Origin: Macrostomum lignano
Lineage: Eukaryota
NCBI GenBank assembly: GCA_002269645.1
Contig: NIVC01000462.1
Coordinates: forward strand, 587,516-651,515
Direction of reading: 5' to 3'
Length of the DNA: 64,000 bases
Shown: positions 26,431-38,924 of the stretch, one piece after another
Position numbering within the stretch: the first letter of the stretch is position 1
Layout of the letters: each line of letters begins with the position of its first letter
Made by a program: the position numbers and the translations under genes
Notes under the pieces: generated by a model
Told to the model about the DNA's origin: nothing
Database searches by the model: none
The model's input: the letters and a program-made list of their open reading frames with translations, nothing else

Positions 26431-27057
26431 ATGCTGAGCAAGACCAACTCAATCTTTCTCGGACTTGGCGTCCTCGCTTTCTTAGTTGGTAAGCTGGCTG
26501 AAGCATGTAAAATATACAGTCGTTTGTACTCCAATAAAGTAAACAGATTTTATTATTATCAGCTAAATCTGTTCACACGCAGGTGTCGGACACGCCATTA
26601 AGTGTCTGGCATACACCCACGCGGGCATTGAAGACCTTCGCGGCACCCCCATTGTACTGGAGTGCGGTAGCAACGTGACCACCTGCAACAAGATGATTTC
26701 TGTTCAAAATCACACGGCTTCGAGCATGACCTTTAAATTCAATGTCAGCTTTACTGTGAGTAATCGATGAATGAGCTGATTAAGTTAGTTCTGTCTCAGA
26801 ATTTTCGCCCCCATCCAAAACAGCTGTGAACTCAACCGCACTCGCATTCTCAGGTCTACTCTGGCTTTTGCGGTGGCTGCCCTTCCAGCTTGCCGTCTGG
26901 TTTCACCTGCACCACCTGCAACACCGACCAGTGCAACTCCGTCTTCGCCGCTGTGCTGACTGCGCCGTGCAACTCCGATTTCGCCTCTGTGCGCGCCGCC
27001 GCCCCGCTGACCCTGGCTCTGCCGCTGCTGATGGCCGCCGCCCTGCGCAGCTTCTGA
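26431..27057 (+). CDS. GPI-anchored Ly6/uPAR (three-finger) protein, 144 aa; exons 26431-26488, 26583-26755, 26854-27057
   Basis: GT-AG introns give an open frame: signal peptide MLSKTNSIFLGLGVLAFLVGVGHA, eight Cys ending CTTCNTDQCN, and hydrophobic tail AAAPLTLALPLLMAAALRSF. Confidence 0.88.
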
Positions 27058-27174
27058 AAGCAGCACGCGAACCCGAGAGTTCTAAGAGAGAATGAAACGC
27101 TTTGAAATGTTCCACAAAAACTTTGATAGCGTTCCCTGATATTCAACATCGATTTCTGTTACACAAAGCAAATT

Positions 27175-28720
27175 ACACTCCGAATCTCTCCTGACATTCA
27201 CTCCGAATCCCTGCAGACATTCACTCCGAATCTCTCCTGACATTCACTCCGAATCCCTGCAGACATTCACTCCGAATCTCTCCTGACATTCACTCCGAAT
27301 CCTTGCTGACATTCACTCCGAATCTCTCCTGACATTCACTCCGAATCCCTGCAGACATTCACTCCGAATCTCTCCTGACATTCACTCCGAATCCTTGCTG
27401 ACATTCACTCCGAATCTCTCCTGACATTCACTCCGAATCCCTGCTGACATTCACTCCGAATCTCTCCTGACATTCACTCCGAATCCTTGCTGACATTCAC
27501 TCCGAATCTCTCCTGACATTCACTCCGAATCCCTGCTGACATTCACTCCGAATCCCTGCAGACATTCACTCCGAATCCCTGCTGACATTCACTCCGAATC
27601 CCTGCTGACATTCACTCCGAATCTCTCCTGACATTCACTCTGAATCTCTCCTGACATTCACTCCGAATCCCTGCTGACATTCACTCCGAACTCTCCTGAC
27701 ATTCACTCCGAATCCCTGCTGACATTCACTCCGAATCCCTGCAGACATTCATTCCGAATCCCTGCTGACATTCACTCCGAATCCCTGCTGACATTCACTC
27801 CGAATCCTTGCTGACATTCACTCCGAATCCCTGCAGACATTCACTCCGAATCTCTCCTGACATTCACTCCGAATCCCTGCTGACATTCACTCCGAATCTC
27901 TCCTGACATTCACTCCGAATCTCTCCTGACATTCACTCCGAATCCTTGCTGACATTCACTCCGAATCCCTGCTGACATTCACTCCGAATCCCTGCTGACA
28001 TTCACTCCGAATCTCTCCTGACATTCACTCCGAATCCTTGCTGACATTCACTCCGAATCCCTGCAGACATTCACTCCGAATCCCTGCAGACATTCACTCC
28101 GAATCCCTGCAGACATTCACTCCGAATCCCTGCTGACATTCACTCCGAATCTCTCCTGACATTCACTCCGAATCCCTGTTGACATTCACTCCGAATCTCT
28201 CCTGACATTCACTCCGAATCTCTCCTGACATTCACTCCGAATCTCTCCTGACATTCACTCCGAATCTCTCCTGACATTCACTCCGAATCCCTGCAGACAT
28301 TCACTCCGAATCTCTCCTGACATTCACTCCGAATCCTTGCTGACATTCACTCCGAATCTCTCCTGACATTCACTCCGAATCCCTGCTGACATTCACTCCG
28401 AATCTCTCCTGACATTCACTCCGAATCCCTGCTGACATTCACTCCGAATCTCTGCTGACATTCACTCCGAATCCCTGCAGACATTCACTCCGAATCCCTG
28501 CTGACATTCACTCCGAATCTCTCCTGACATTCACTCCGAATCTCTCCTGACATTCACTCCGAATCTCTCCTGACATTCACTCCGAATCTCTCCTGACATT
28601 CACTCCGAATCTCTCCTGACATTCACTCCGAATCTCTCCTGACATTCACTCCGAATCTCTCCTGACATTCACTCCGAATCTCTCCTGACATTCACTCCGA
28701 ATCTCTCCTGACACTCACTC
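27175..28720. repeat. 23-bp satellite Sat4 (gacattcactccgaatctctcct), long copy
   Basis: About 67 tandem units; the array in duplicate copy 2 (36760-37160) has only about 17. Confidence 0.97.
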
Positions 28721-28750
28721 CAAATCTCTTTTGGCCTTCACTCCGGAGTG

Positions 28751-29010
28751 GTATAGGGAATTTACGAGTATAGCAAACCATCACTTTATTTTGAAAAAAT
28801 ACTTTTTCTTATGACCCCCACACCAGAGCATTTTTTGCTTTTTTCAAACTTCATATTTTACTCTTGATTCCATATTTAAACTATCCTTACTTCCTTTTTT
28901 CAATTTTTAAAAGTTAAAATTGCGCTGCGGGGGGTCATAAGAAAAAGTATTTTTTTCAAAATAAAGTGATGATGTGCTTTAACGTAAGGTTACGCTTACT
29001 CTATACTACT
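28751..29010. mobile_element. foldback/MITE-like element, right outer repeat partly deleted
   Basis: Inner ~41-bp inverted repeats at 28779-28819 and 28929-28971; left outer repeat gtatagggaattt. Confidence 0.6.
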
Positions 29011-29249
29011 ACTCTCAAAAACTCGTACTATTCTAAGTCTAGATGCAGACATCAACTGATTCTCACATCAGTACGTACCTTTTGGATGAAGGGAGAACTT
29101 ACAATCCCCAACACTGCTCTGTACAGCTTCTATTGTTCTAAAAAATAGGGAACTTCCCCACAGCTTCTATTGTACCCAGGAAGGGAGAACTACGTTTGTC
29201 TATACGTGGATCCAACAGTACTCTAAAAATCTCTTACCCAATCTAGTTG

Positions 29250-29430
29250 CTAGAACGGGAAATTGACGCGGCGCACACTGACCAGTTGCAGGCCGCCCTC
29301 AAGATAAGCGACGACGGAGTCAATCACTCCGTCGTTTACTTCCATGCCGCCTAGCCTGATCCGTTCAAGTGAACTCGTGACAGGCATTCGAGTTGTACTG
29401 TCAGTAGCCGCTGTAGGAGGTGCTGCGGTG
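29250..29430 (+). pseudogene. old RTE-like LINE 3' fragment (also ~37710-37890 and ~45700-45850)
   Basis: LLEREIDAAHTDQLQAALKI...ELYCQ*PL*EVL aligns by eye with SLEQQIDEAHAGLLRAAFKL...ESYCPQPVQEVL of the LINE at 54341-56026. Confidence 0.6.
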
Positions 29431-29673
29431 CTGCGGTGCCCAGATTTTCCTTGTTGAGTGTTTTCTGGGCAACCATCAACCCCTTTCCTTTCGTACCTTT
29501 GGTCTTACCTCTACTGAACCAGTCTAGTGATCTAGATCTACTGATCGATGGTCTCGATAACTTTACGAAATGATTATAATAATGAATTTTAAATGCCAGA
29601 AACGCTACTTTAAGCAGTACCCTCAGCACATTACAATATAACTGATTCCGCGAAGATCTTTGCTAAAATACGA

Positions 29674-29682
29674 CTATAAAAG
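29674..29682 (+). promoter_or_regulatory. TATA box candidate for WSC-PAN gene 1 (equivalents ~38135 and minus-strand 61849-61856)
   Basis: ctataaaag about 60 nt upstream of the ATG, conserved in paralogs. Confidence 0.5.
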
Positions 29683-29739
29683 CCCAAGGAAGAAACACTT
29701 TCTAGCAGCTGCCTTCCTTCCCGGCCCAAAAATTCTCAA

Positions 29740-30463
29740 ATGATTTCATACTTTGCAAGCCTCGCTGTCCTGGTGGCCTGCGTTGCCAGCAGGTCAACCC
29801 AGGTGTCCTACATTGGCTGCTTTGTGGACAATGAGACCAGAGATCTGAGAGGACTCACTGGAGTGAGCAGAATCGGACAGTTCAGCATCGAAAGCTTCAC
29901 GCTGAGCAGCCTTAACATGACACACGAGCTCTGTAGCAGCGTCTGCTCTCCGGGCGGCTTCCCGTACTTCAGTGTGCAGGCCAATTATCATTGTTTCTGC
30001 GCCAGCTCCTACGGATCTCTCGGAACTGCAAACGAGACCGACTGCAACGGCGTCTGCGGTGGAAACGGAGCTCAAATGTGCGGAGCCTCGTGGCGAAACT
30101 CAGTCTTCGCCCTAACCTACCCGGGTGAGTGAGCTCAGTGTGAGCAGTTCTGATTTTACCTCTATGTTTTAAGCGTCTTTAAGTAGAATTTATGATCAAC
30201 TCTAACAGAAATTTTCTACACTTTCAGGCAAAAAGTATTTTGAGCAGACGCAGATGCCAAACCAGACGGTGGAGTCCACCCAGAGCACCTACTGGACCAG
30301 CGCTGCCAAAATCAAGGCCGAGTGCTTGATGATGTGCGAGGCCTCAGCTGACTGCCAGGCTGTGATTTTCTCTGGCCAGCAGCGCCTGTGCCACCTGCTG
30401 AGGTTCGCCTACCCGCCTGCCAGTCTGAGCAGCACCGATGGAGACTTCTTCGTGCGCGGCTGA
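29740..30463 (+). CDS. secreted WSC + PAN/apple domain protein, gene 1; exons 29740-30124, 30228-30463
   Basis: Signal peptide; WSC motifs YIGCF, MTHELCSSVC, YF-V-----C-C and C---C-GN----CG; phase-1 GT-AG intron; exon 2 has the PAN-like pattern CLMMCEASADCQAVIF...LCHL. Confidence 0.92.
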
Positions 30464-33400
30464 GCTCACAGTCAAGCATTTAGCGTTGGAGTAACTCAGC
30501 CTAGCTTCTAGACGATACGCTCGTACAGAACATTTGGAACGGATTTAAAAATTTTAGTTTTAGACACAGCCATATGTAAAAGACTTAATGAAACTGTTGG
30601 AATGTATACCATGGATAAGGACTTTAACACCTTCATTGAACACTTTGACCTTGTAACTCGCGAAAACGGACTACTACAAAATCTAGAAAAGGCACTTCTT
30701 CTTCCTCCACTGCTAGAAGGTACTGCTCGAGAAATTTATGGCAAACTAAATGCTCCTGCCCAGCAATTCGCCAGATGTGGAACCAATCTATCTGTGCTTC
30801 TACACAAACTTCATTATCGAAAAATGAGTCCGACGGAATCCTAGCTTCCAATTACCTTCGTCGATGATGTTCGCAAAATTATTAAAGCGTTGCAATTGCA
30901 CCAGCCACCACCACCGAACCCATGAGCTCAACCTATCGGACCAGCAAAACTAGCTGCACGAGAAAGACAACGCCTTGCTGATCGAGAACAAAGCCTAATC
31001 CTCCAAGTCATTAATAATGCTCAACCTTGTCTGCGAGACAGGTTGTTAAGAGAAACTATTGAGACAGAGGAACAGAAAGTTGAGAAGCAAGTTCCCCACG
31101 GGGCGCTATCACAAACCCTAAAAATCACATTCTCTAAAAGCAACCTACATCACAAACCCTAAATATCATAACCCCTAAATATCACATTCTCTAAATTCCA
31201 AAATTCCAAATTCCAGATATTTAGGGGGTTATTGTATTTAGGGTTTGTGCAGCTGATGTGTCTTGTAAAATTATAGATTCAATTGCTTAAGAATTTACGT
31301 ACTTAGCTCGTATGCTCTTTTTCCATCAGATGCTACTTGAAGTATAATTAAACATGACCAATACCACGCGCTGCTCGTAAAAATATGTAAATACCTCGTA
31401 CACTATTCCTCTACCTACGGTTCTAGGTGCTACATTTATTATCCTTACAAGAAATTAAAAATGAACTCTTCCAATACGTTAACGATATGGTCCTTCACCC
31501 ATGCCCCATTGACTGTACAACGCATTGGAGCAGCTGCGGATCTCCTGAACTCTCCCAAGGCTTGGGTTTGAGTTGTCAGGTGTTGGCAGGTGTTTAGGGA
31601 TAAAAAATGTCGTGCTACATAGCGGCAGTCAAAAGCTGGTAAGACTTTCGCCCGCACGCAGACCCCGGAATTGTTTGCTGAACGCTGTTTCATGCCAACT
31701 AAGAAAGTTTTAGACAATTTCCTAACTTTTCTGAAACACCTTTTAGGCCTTACTATAGAGTTGGAACCATTATAGACAGATGTAGAAGTATATTGGGCTA
31801 CTCATGAAAAGGTTATTGAGGCCGTCCTATTCATGGCATCTCTTTGAAATTTGAGCACAAATCAACTACATGGTCTATAGGCATTTTTCTACAGGCATTA
31901 GTATACGGGCATTTGTCTAATGGGCATTTGTCTATGGGCATTTGTCTATGGGCATTTGTCTATGGGCATTTGTCTATGGACATTTGTCTATGGCTATTTA
32001 TCTGTGGATGATTTTTACGTCATTCTGGCTTCACTTCGGCCGCCTATCAAAACTCAACACAAACCTGAACAAATGGAATGAAAAAAATCACGCAGGTAAA
32101 TACTTATTCAACATGCTCTACATAATCTAAACTTAAATTTAAATATTTTTATTACTACAATCTATATTACTTATAATAGTTTAAACGGGTAACGCGATTA
32201 TCTAAAGTCACGTGTGCCCTGCCAGCTTCCAACTTTCCGTACAGCATGTACTTTTATCTCAGCCCCGGGGGCAGAGCCGGTCGCCTGTACGAAATGCGTC
32301 TGGCTCTAGCTCAACGAGTTCCTGGGCTCGATTCCGTGAGCAGCCACATTCTGTAGAATCTTAAAAAAGCTGCTTAGGGTTTATTCCTCCCAGAGAAACT
32401 GGTTGACAACAAAAAACGCAAAACACTGCTTTGCAATTACAGAGTCAAGCATCCATAGCATTGTCTTATTGTTGACAAAATGTTCAATTGCTTTGCATTG
32501 AGAGCTGATTGAATAGAAAATTGCTGTAACCCGAAAGACTTTTAAATTACAGGAGAGGAAAATAGAATTCTTGTTTTCTACCAGTTGAACCAGTTTTTTA
32601 CCCTAAATATTTTAAGAGGGAACAAAAATTCCAGACTGAACGATAAGCAACCTCTGAGCTAGACACCAACACCGTAGTTGACTGGCATTGAACTTAACTC
32701 ACTATTAAATTTTTTTAAATCCCACAAAACCTAGAAACACAACACTTCAGCTGGAAAGTCAACCGGTTATTTAAAAAATTCTTTCAAAAGTTCGTCTCTT
32801 CCTCTGCCTTCTTACAGCTCCACAACAACGTAAGGATAAAAACAGCCAAGCAAAGAGACGATAAAACTGAGCAATGAGAGATGTCCTGAGATCACTTCTC
32901 AAAATCCATACCGGTATAAAGAAGAATTACCATAGTAACCACTCGAGACTGATTGCATCCGACTCAGATAGCTAGTAGCACATATGAACTACTCTTTTGT
33001 TGCAATGAATTGAGTAGTATGACATTCTTGCTTTCAATTTGTAGCGCCTGGACAACAGATTGCGTATTCTGTGAAGATTCTGTGTTTGCAGATCCCCCTG
33101 GCAACGGGACGAGATCGGGCCGGCCGGGAGACAGCTTAGACGACAATGGATATGGCCCCGGACCCCCGGAGATGAGCAGCAGAACGCACAGTTGACGGGA
33201 AATTGACGATAAGTTCAGCGAGAGACAGAAACCCAGGAAAGGGAGCGCCGCATCAAACTCAACCAATGCTTTAAACTCGCCACTCCACCGCCCCTGCGAG
33301 GGCAGAGCTCTCTGGGGCTGCGTCCTTAACCAGGGGCGTCGCCAACGGGAGGGGGACAGGGGGACATGTCGCCTCCAGTAAAAGATCTGAGGGGACATGC

Positions 33401-33474
33401 CAATGCTTTGTCCCCCACCCCTACCTTGTGGCCCGTTGTGAAAATCAATAACAATTGCTGCATGGTGACAAAAT

Positions 33475-34075
33475 AGCGCCTGCGGCGCTGAAATGAGTGC
33501 CTGCGGCGCTAAAATGAGTGCCTGCGGCGCTGAAATGAGTGCCTGCCGCGCTAAAATGAGTGCCTGCGGCGCTAAAATGAGTGCCTGCGGCGCTGAAATG
33601 AGTGCCTGCGGCGCTGAAATGAGTGCCTGCGGCGCTGAAATGAGTGCCTGCGGCGCTAAAATGAGTGCCTGCGGCGCTAAAATGAGTGCCTGCGGCGCTA
33701 AAATGAGTGCCTGCGGCGCTAAAATGAGTGCCTGCCGCGCTAAAATGAGTGCCTGCGGCGCTAAAATGAGTGCCTGCCGCGCTAAAATGAGTGCCTGCGG
33801 CGCTGAAATGAGTGCCTGCGGCGCTAAAATGAGTGCCTGCGGCGCTAAAATGAGTGCCTGCGGCGCTAAAATGAGTGCCTGCGGCGCTAAAATGAGTGCC
33901 TGCCGCGCTGAAATGAGTGCCTGCGGCGCTGAAATGAGTGCCTGCAATGCTAAAATGAGTGCCTGCCGCGCTGAAATGAGTGCCTGCGGCGCTGAAATGA
34001 GTGCCTGCCGCGCTGAAATGAGTGCCTGCAATGCTAAAATGAGTGCCTGCAATGCTAAAATGAGTGCCTGCAATG
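33475..34075. repeat. 21-bp GC-rich minisatellite, copy 2
   Basis: Duplicate of 23688-24288 with the same length. Confidence 0.95.
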
Positions 34076-34493
34076 CCGATTCCGAAAATAATGTAAGTAG
34101 TATGCATGAGGGGGCTTCCAGGACAATTTTTGTTAAATCTCCCCTTAGATCAACATCTACTAAGATCTATTCATAAATAATGCGCTTACACCTAAAATCA
34201 GCCATCCCAATGCAATACTTACAACCACTCATCTAAGGGGGATAAAAAAGTCACCCACCCCTTCCATAAAACAACCTAATCCCATTTAGATCGACATCTA
34301 CTACGATCTATTCATATGCAATGCACTGACAGTTATAATCAGCTATCACCATGCAATACCTACACCTGTTTATCTTAAATGGGAAAACTAGTCGATTCCA
34401 TAATCGATTCTAGCTAGCATGACTAAGCATTTTTTAGCCTGAACTAAACTGCGCATAACCAAGGCTCCTCAACCACAACCGCTACTGAACTAC

Positions 34494-35490
34494 CTAAACC
34501 ATCCTTAGACTTAAAATAATTTCCTTGTAGCTCATTCTGGTTTTCGTCATCGCATATAAAAAAGTCATGCACAGCTCTCCACAGGTGTCACTGTTAAGAT
34601 CTTGAAGTATAAAGTCTGAGCGGTAAATTTTTTGCCCTTTAAAGTAATTTCTCAATTCTTCAGGTGGGGCTGTTCCATAGCTATCAAAGTAGTATTATGT
34701 ATGCTTGCGATCAGGATCAATCAACCAACAGACCCAATGAGAACCTGGTTTGTCAAAAGTGTCAAAGTTCATGATACCGCATTCCTTTTTTATGGTATTG
34801 ATTGATTTTGGAAGCGTATCTCTCGGAAGCGTATCTCTTTGGAAGCGTATTGGAATATCTCAAATTCATTAGCTAAATCTTGAAGAAAAGTATACGTTGT
34901 CATTTTTAGATTTTATTAAATAAAAACCTTTTTCTCGCCACCTCCAATGACCAAAGGGTAGACTTTCAATGTTGCCATCTAAGACAAATCGTTTGTTGTC
35001 TGCACCTGAAAGACCAATCTTCTTTCTTTGAATTGTATAAACTACGAGTACATGGTCTTCTGACTGCAGTTTGGAGAATTTTGCCAGGCCAGGTCTCTAT
35101 ATTCGACTTCTTTTAACTCATTTTGAACTACGCTCGTACATGCTTGGGAATACCTTTCGATCTTTTAATAGGTTCTGAGTCCTCACATTTTATAAAGTAG
35201 GACTTTGCCCTCAGACCGATGAATTCGCTGATGATGTCCCCAGCCTTTTCATCTTTCATTTTCCCTAGGATTTTTTTATTTTGGGTGGGTTATTCGCTTT
35301 AGCATGCCTATGGAGGACACAGACAGAGATGCCCCCTCTTTTCGAACTTTCGACAAAATTGTACATATCTATATCCGTTAAGAGTTCAATGTACCAATCT
35401 GTATCTTGATCCCATTTCATTTTCAACAATGATTCCCAGCTAGTGACAGGCAAAGACACAAAATGCGCAGGGAAGAAGTTTATCCAAGAA
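34494..35490 (-). pseudogene. Maverick/Polinton protease (34494-34903) and pPolB (~34940-35490) remnants, copy 2
   Basis: Same motifs as copy 1, with a further ~215-bp deletion removing YLDANNL and a local ggaagcgtatctct triplication in the protease. Confidence 0.88.
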
Positions 35491-36016
35491 GTTTAACCAA
35501 GAAGTTTAGCACTATGAGCAATTGTAATAACCATCCTGAGAAGCTTTGCTTAGTGTAGAATTCTGACACTGTCCATCCGTAAACCATTGCTGATCGAGAC
35601 GGGAGTCAGATCCTCTTCCTATGAGACACTGCACAAACGACTGCCACCCAATAGCCGTGGCTTCCCCAAGCGTTGATTCCCAAAGCAGCTGGCGAGAAAA
35701 AAAATGCCCCAGCAGTCAGAAACAATAGCAGCTGAGACTGGGGTGGGTGGTGGGAGCCTGGGTCATGGCTTAGAAGAGTTCTCTTTCTCTCTGTGGCTAA
35801 GAGCCGCCCCTGAGTCAGTCTAGTAGCAAAATCCCCTCCCCTAGTTGATCATTGCCATTGCTTCCATCCCCGAACAGCCACCCCTGCCGGCGCCCCAACC
35901 CCCAGGTTCTCAATCTGCATCCGCGCCGCTCCCGGGATTCTGGGCCACCGACGCAGGTTTCAACTCCGCTTCATTGTCGCCTAATTGCCACAGGAATCGC
36001 TGAATACGCTGCCAAA

Positions 36017-36643
36017 ATGCTGAGCAAGACCAACTCAATCTTTCTCGGACTTGGCGTCCTCGCTTTCTTAGTTGGTAAGCTGGCTGAAGCATGTAAAATA
36101 TACAGTCGTTTGTACTCCAATAAAGTAAACAGATTTTATTATTATCAGCTAAATCTGTTCACACGCAGGTGTCGGACACGCCATTAAGTGTCTGGCATAC
36201 ACCCACGCGGGCATTGAAGACCTTCGCGGCACCCCCATTGTACTGGAGTGCGGTAGCAACGTGACCACCTGCAACAAGATGATTTCTGTTCAAAATCACA
36301 CGGCTTCGAGCATGACCTTTAAATTCAATGTCAGCTTTACTGTGAGTAATCGATGAATGAGCTGATTAAGTTAGTTCTGTCTCAGAATTTTCGCCCCCAT
36401 CCAAAGCAGCTGTGAACTCAACCGCACTCGCATTCTCAGGTCTACTCTGGCTTTTGCGGTGGCTGCTCTTCCAGCTTGCCGTCTGGTTTCACCTGCACCA
36501 CCTGCAACACCGACCAGTGCAACTCCGCCTTCGCCGCTGTGCTGACTGCGCCGTGCAACTCCGATTTCGCCTCTGTGCGCGCCGCCGCCCTGCTGACCCT
36601 GGCTCTGCCGCTGCTGATGGCCGCCGCCCTGCGCAGCTTCTGA
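36017..36643 (+). CDS. GPI-anchored Ly6/uPAR protein, copy 2; exons 36017-36074, 36169-36341, 36440-36643
   Basis: Same structure as 26431-27057, with three amino-acid differences in exon 3. Confidence 0.88.
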
Positions 36644-36759
36644 AAGCAGCACGCGAACCCGAGAGTTCTAAGAGAGAATGAAACGCTTTGAAATGTTCCA
36701 CAAAAACTTTGATAGCGTTCCCTGATATTCAACATCGATTTCTGTTACACAAAGCAAAT

Positions 36760-37160
36760 TACACTCCGAATCTCTCCTGACATTCACTCCGAATCCCTGC
36801 AGACATTCACTCCGAATCTCTCCTGACATTCACTCCGAATCCCTGCAGACATTCACTCCGAATCTCTCCTGACATTCACTCCGAATCCCTGCAGACATTC
36901 ACTCCGAATCTCTGCTGACATTCTCTCCGAATCTCTCCTGACACTCACTCCGAATCTCTCCTGACATTCACTCCGAATCTCTCCTGACATTCACTCCGAA
37001 TCTCTCCTGACATTCACTCCGAATCCCTGCTGACATTCACTCCGAATCCCTGCAGACATTCACTCCGAATCTCTCCTGACATTCACTCCGAATCCCTGCA
37101 GACATTCACTCCGAATCTCTCCTGACATTCACTCCGAATCTCTCCTGACACTCACTCCAA
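36760..37160. repeat. 23-bp satellite Sat4, short copy
   Basis: Same monomer as 27175-28720. Confidence 0.95.
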
Positions 37161-37187
37161 ATCTCTTTTGGCCTTCACTCCGAAGTG

Positions 37188-37470
37188 GTATAGGGAATTT
37201 ACGAGTATAGCACACCATCACTTTATTTTGAAAAAATACTTTTTCTTATGACCCCGCACACCAGAGCATTGTTTGCTTTTTTCAAACTTCATATGTTACT
37301 CTTGATTCCATACTTAAACTATCCTTACTTCCTTTTTTCAATTTTGAAAAGTTAAAATTGCGCTGCGGGGGGTCATAAGAAAAAGTATTTTTTCAAAATA
37401 AAGTGATGGTGTGCTTTAACGTAAGATTACGCTTACTCTATACTACTACTCTATACTAAATTCCCTATAC
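37188..37470. mobile_element. foldback/MITE-like element with both outer inverted repeats
   Basis: gtatagggaattt at 37188 and aaattccctatac ending at 37470, plus the inner ~41-bp inverted repeats. Confidence 0.65.
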
Positions 37471-38200
37471 TACTCTCAAAAACTCGTACTATTCTAAGTC
37501 TAGATGCAGACATCAACTGATTCTCACATCAGTACGTACCTTTTGGATGAAGGGAGAACTTACAATCCCCAACACTGCTCTGTACAGCTTCTATTGTTCT
37601 AAAAAATAGGGAACTTCCCCACAGCTTCTATTGTACCCTTGAAGGGAGAACTACGTTTGTCTATACGTGGATCCAACAGTACTCTAAAAATCTCTTACCC
37701 AATCTAGTTGCTAGAACGGGAAATTGACGCGGCGCACACTGACCAGTTGCAGGCCGCCCTCAAGATAAGCGACGACGGAGTCAATCACTCCGTCGTTTAC
37801 TTCCATGCCGCCTAGCCTGATCCGTTCAAGTGAACTCGTGACAGGCATTCGAGTTGTACTGTCAGTAGCCGCTGTAGGAGGTGCTGCGGTGCTGCGGTGC
37901 CCAGATTTTCCTTGTTGAGTGTTTTCTGGGCAACCATCAACCCCTTTCCTTTCGTACCTTTGGTCTTACCTCTACTGAACCAGTCTAGTGATCTAGATCT
38001 ACTGATCGATGGTCTCGATAACTTTACGAAATGATTATAATAATGAATTTTAAATGCCAGAAACGCTACTTTAAGCAGTACCCTCAGCACATTACAATAT
38101 AACTGATTCCGCGAAGATCTTTGCTAAAAAACGACTATAAAAGCCCAAGGAAGAAACACTTTCTAGCAGCTGCCTTCCTTCCCGGCCCAAAAATGCTCAA

Positions 38201-38924
38201 ATGATTTCATACTTTGCAAGCCTCGCTGTCCTGGTGGCCTGCGTTGCCAGCAGGTCAACCCAGGTGTCCTACATTGGCTGCTTTGTGGACAATGAGGCCA
38301 GAGACCTGAGAGGACTCACTGGAGTGAGCAGAATCGGTCAGTTCAGCATCGGCAGCCTCATGCTGAGCAGCCTTAACATGACACACGAGCTCTGTAGCAG
38401 CGTCTGCTCTCTGGGCGGCTTCCCGTACTTCAGTGTGCAGGCCAATTATCATTGTTTCTGCGGCAGCTCCTACGGATCTCTCGGAACTGTAAACGAGACC
38501 GACTGCAACGGCGTCTGCGGTGGAAACGGAGCTCAAATGTGCGGAGCCTCGTGGCGAAACTCAGTCTTCGCCCTAACCTACCCGGGTGAGTGAGCTCAGT
38601 GTGAGCAGTTCTGATTTTGCCTCTATGTTTTCAGCGTTTTTAAGTAACAATTATGGCCAACTCTAACACAGTATTTCTAAATTTTTAGATAGAAAGTATT
38701 TTGAGCAGACGCCAAGGACCAACCAGACGGTGGAGTCCACCCAGAGCACCTACTGGACCAGCGCTGCCAAAATCAAGGCCGAGTGCTTGATGATGTGCGA
38801 GGCCTCAGCTGACTGCCAGGCTGTGATTTTCTCTGGCCAGCAGCGCCTGTGTCACCTGCTGAGGTTCGCCTACCCGCCTGCCAGTCTGAGCAGCACCGAT
38901 GGAGACTTCTTCGTGCGCGGATGA
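38201..38924 (+). CDS. secreted WSC + PAN/apple protein, gene 2; exons 38201-38585, 38689-38924
   Basis: Paralog of gene 1 with an intact frame and GT-AG intron. Confidence 0.92.
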
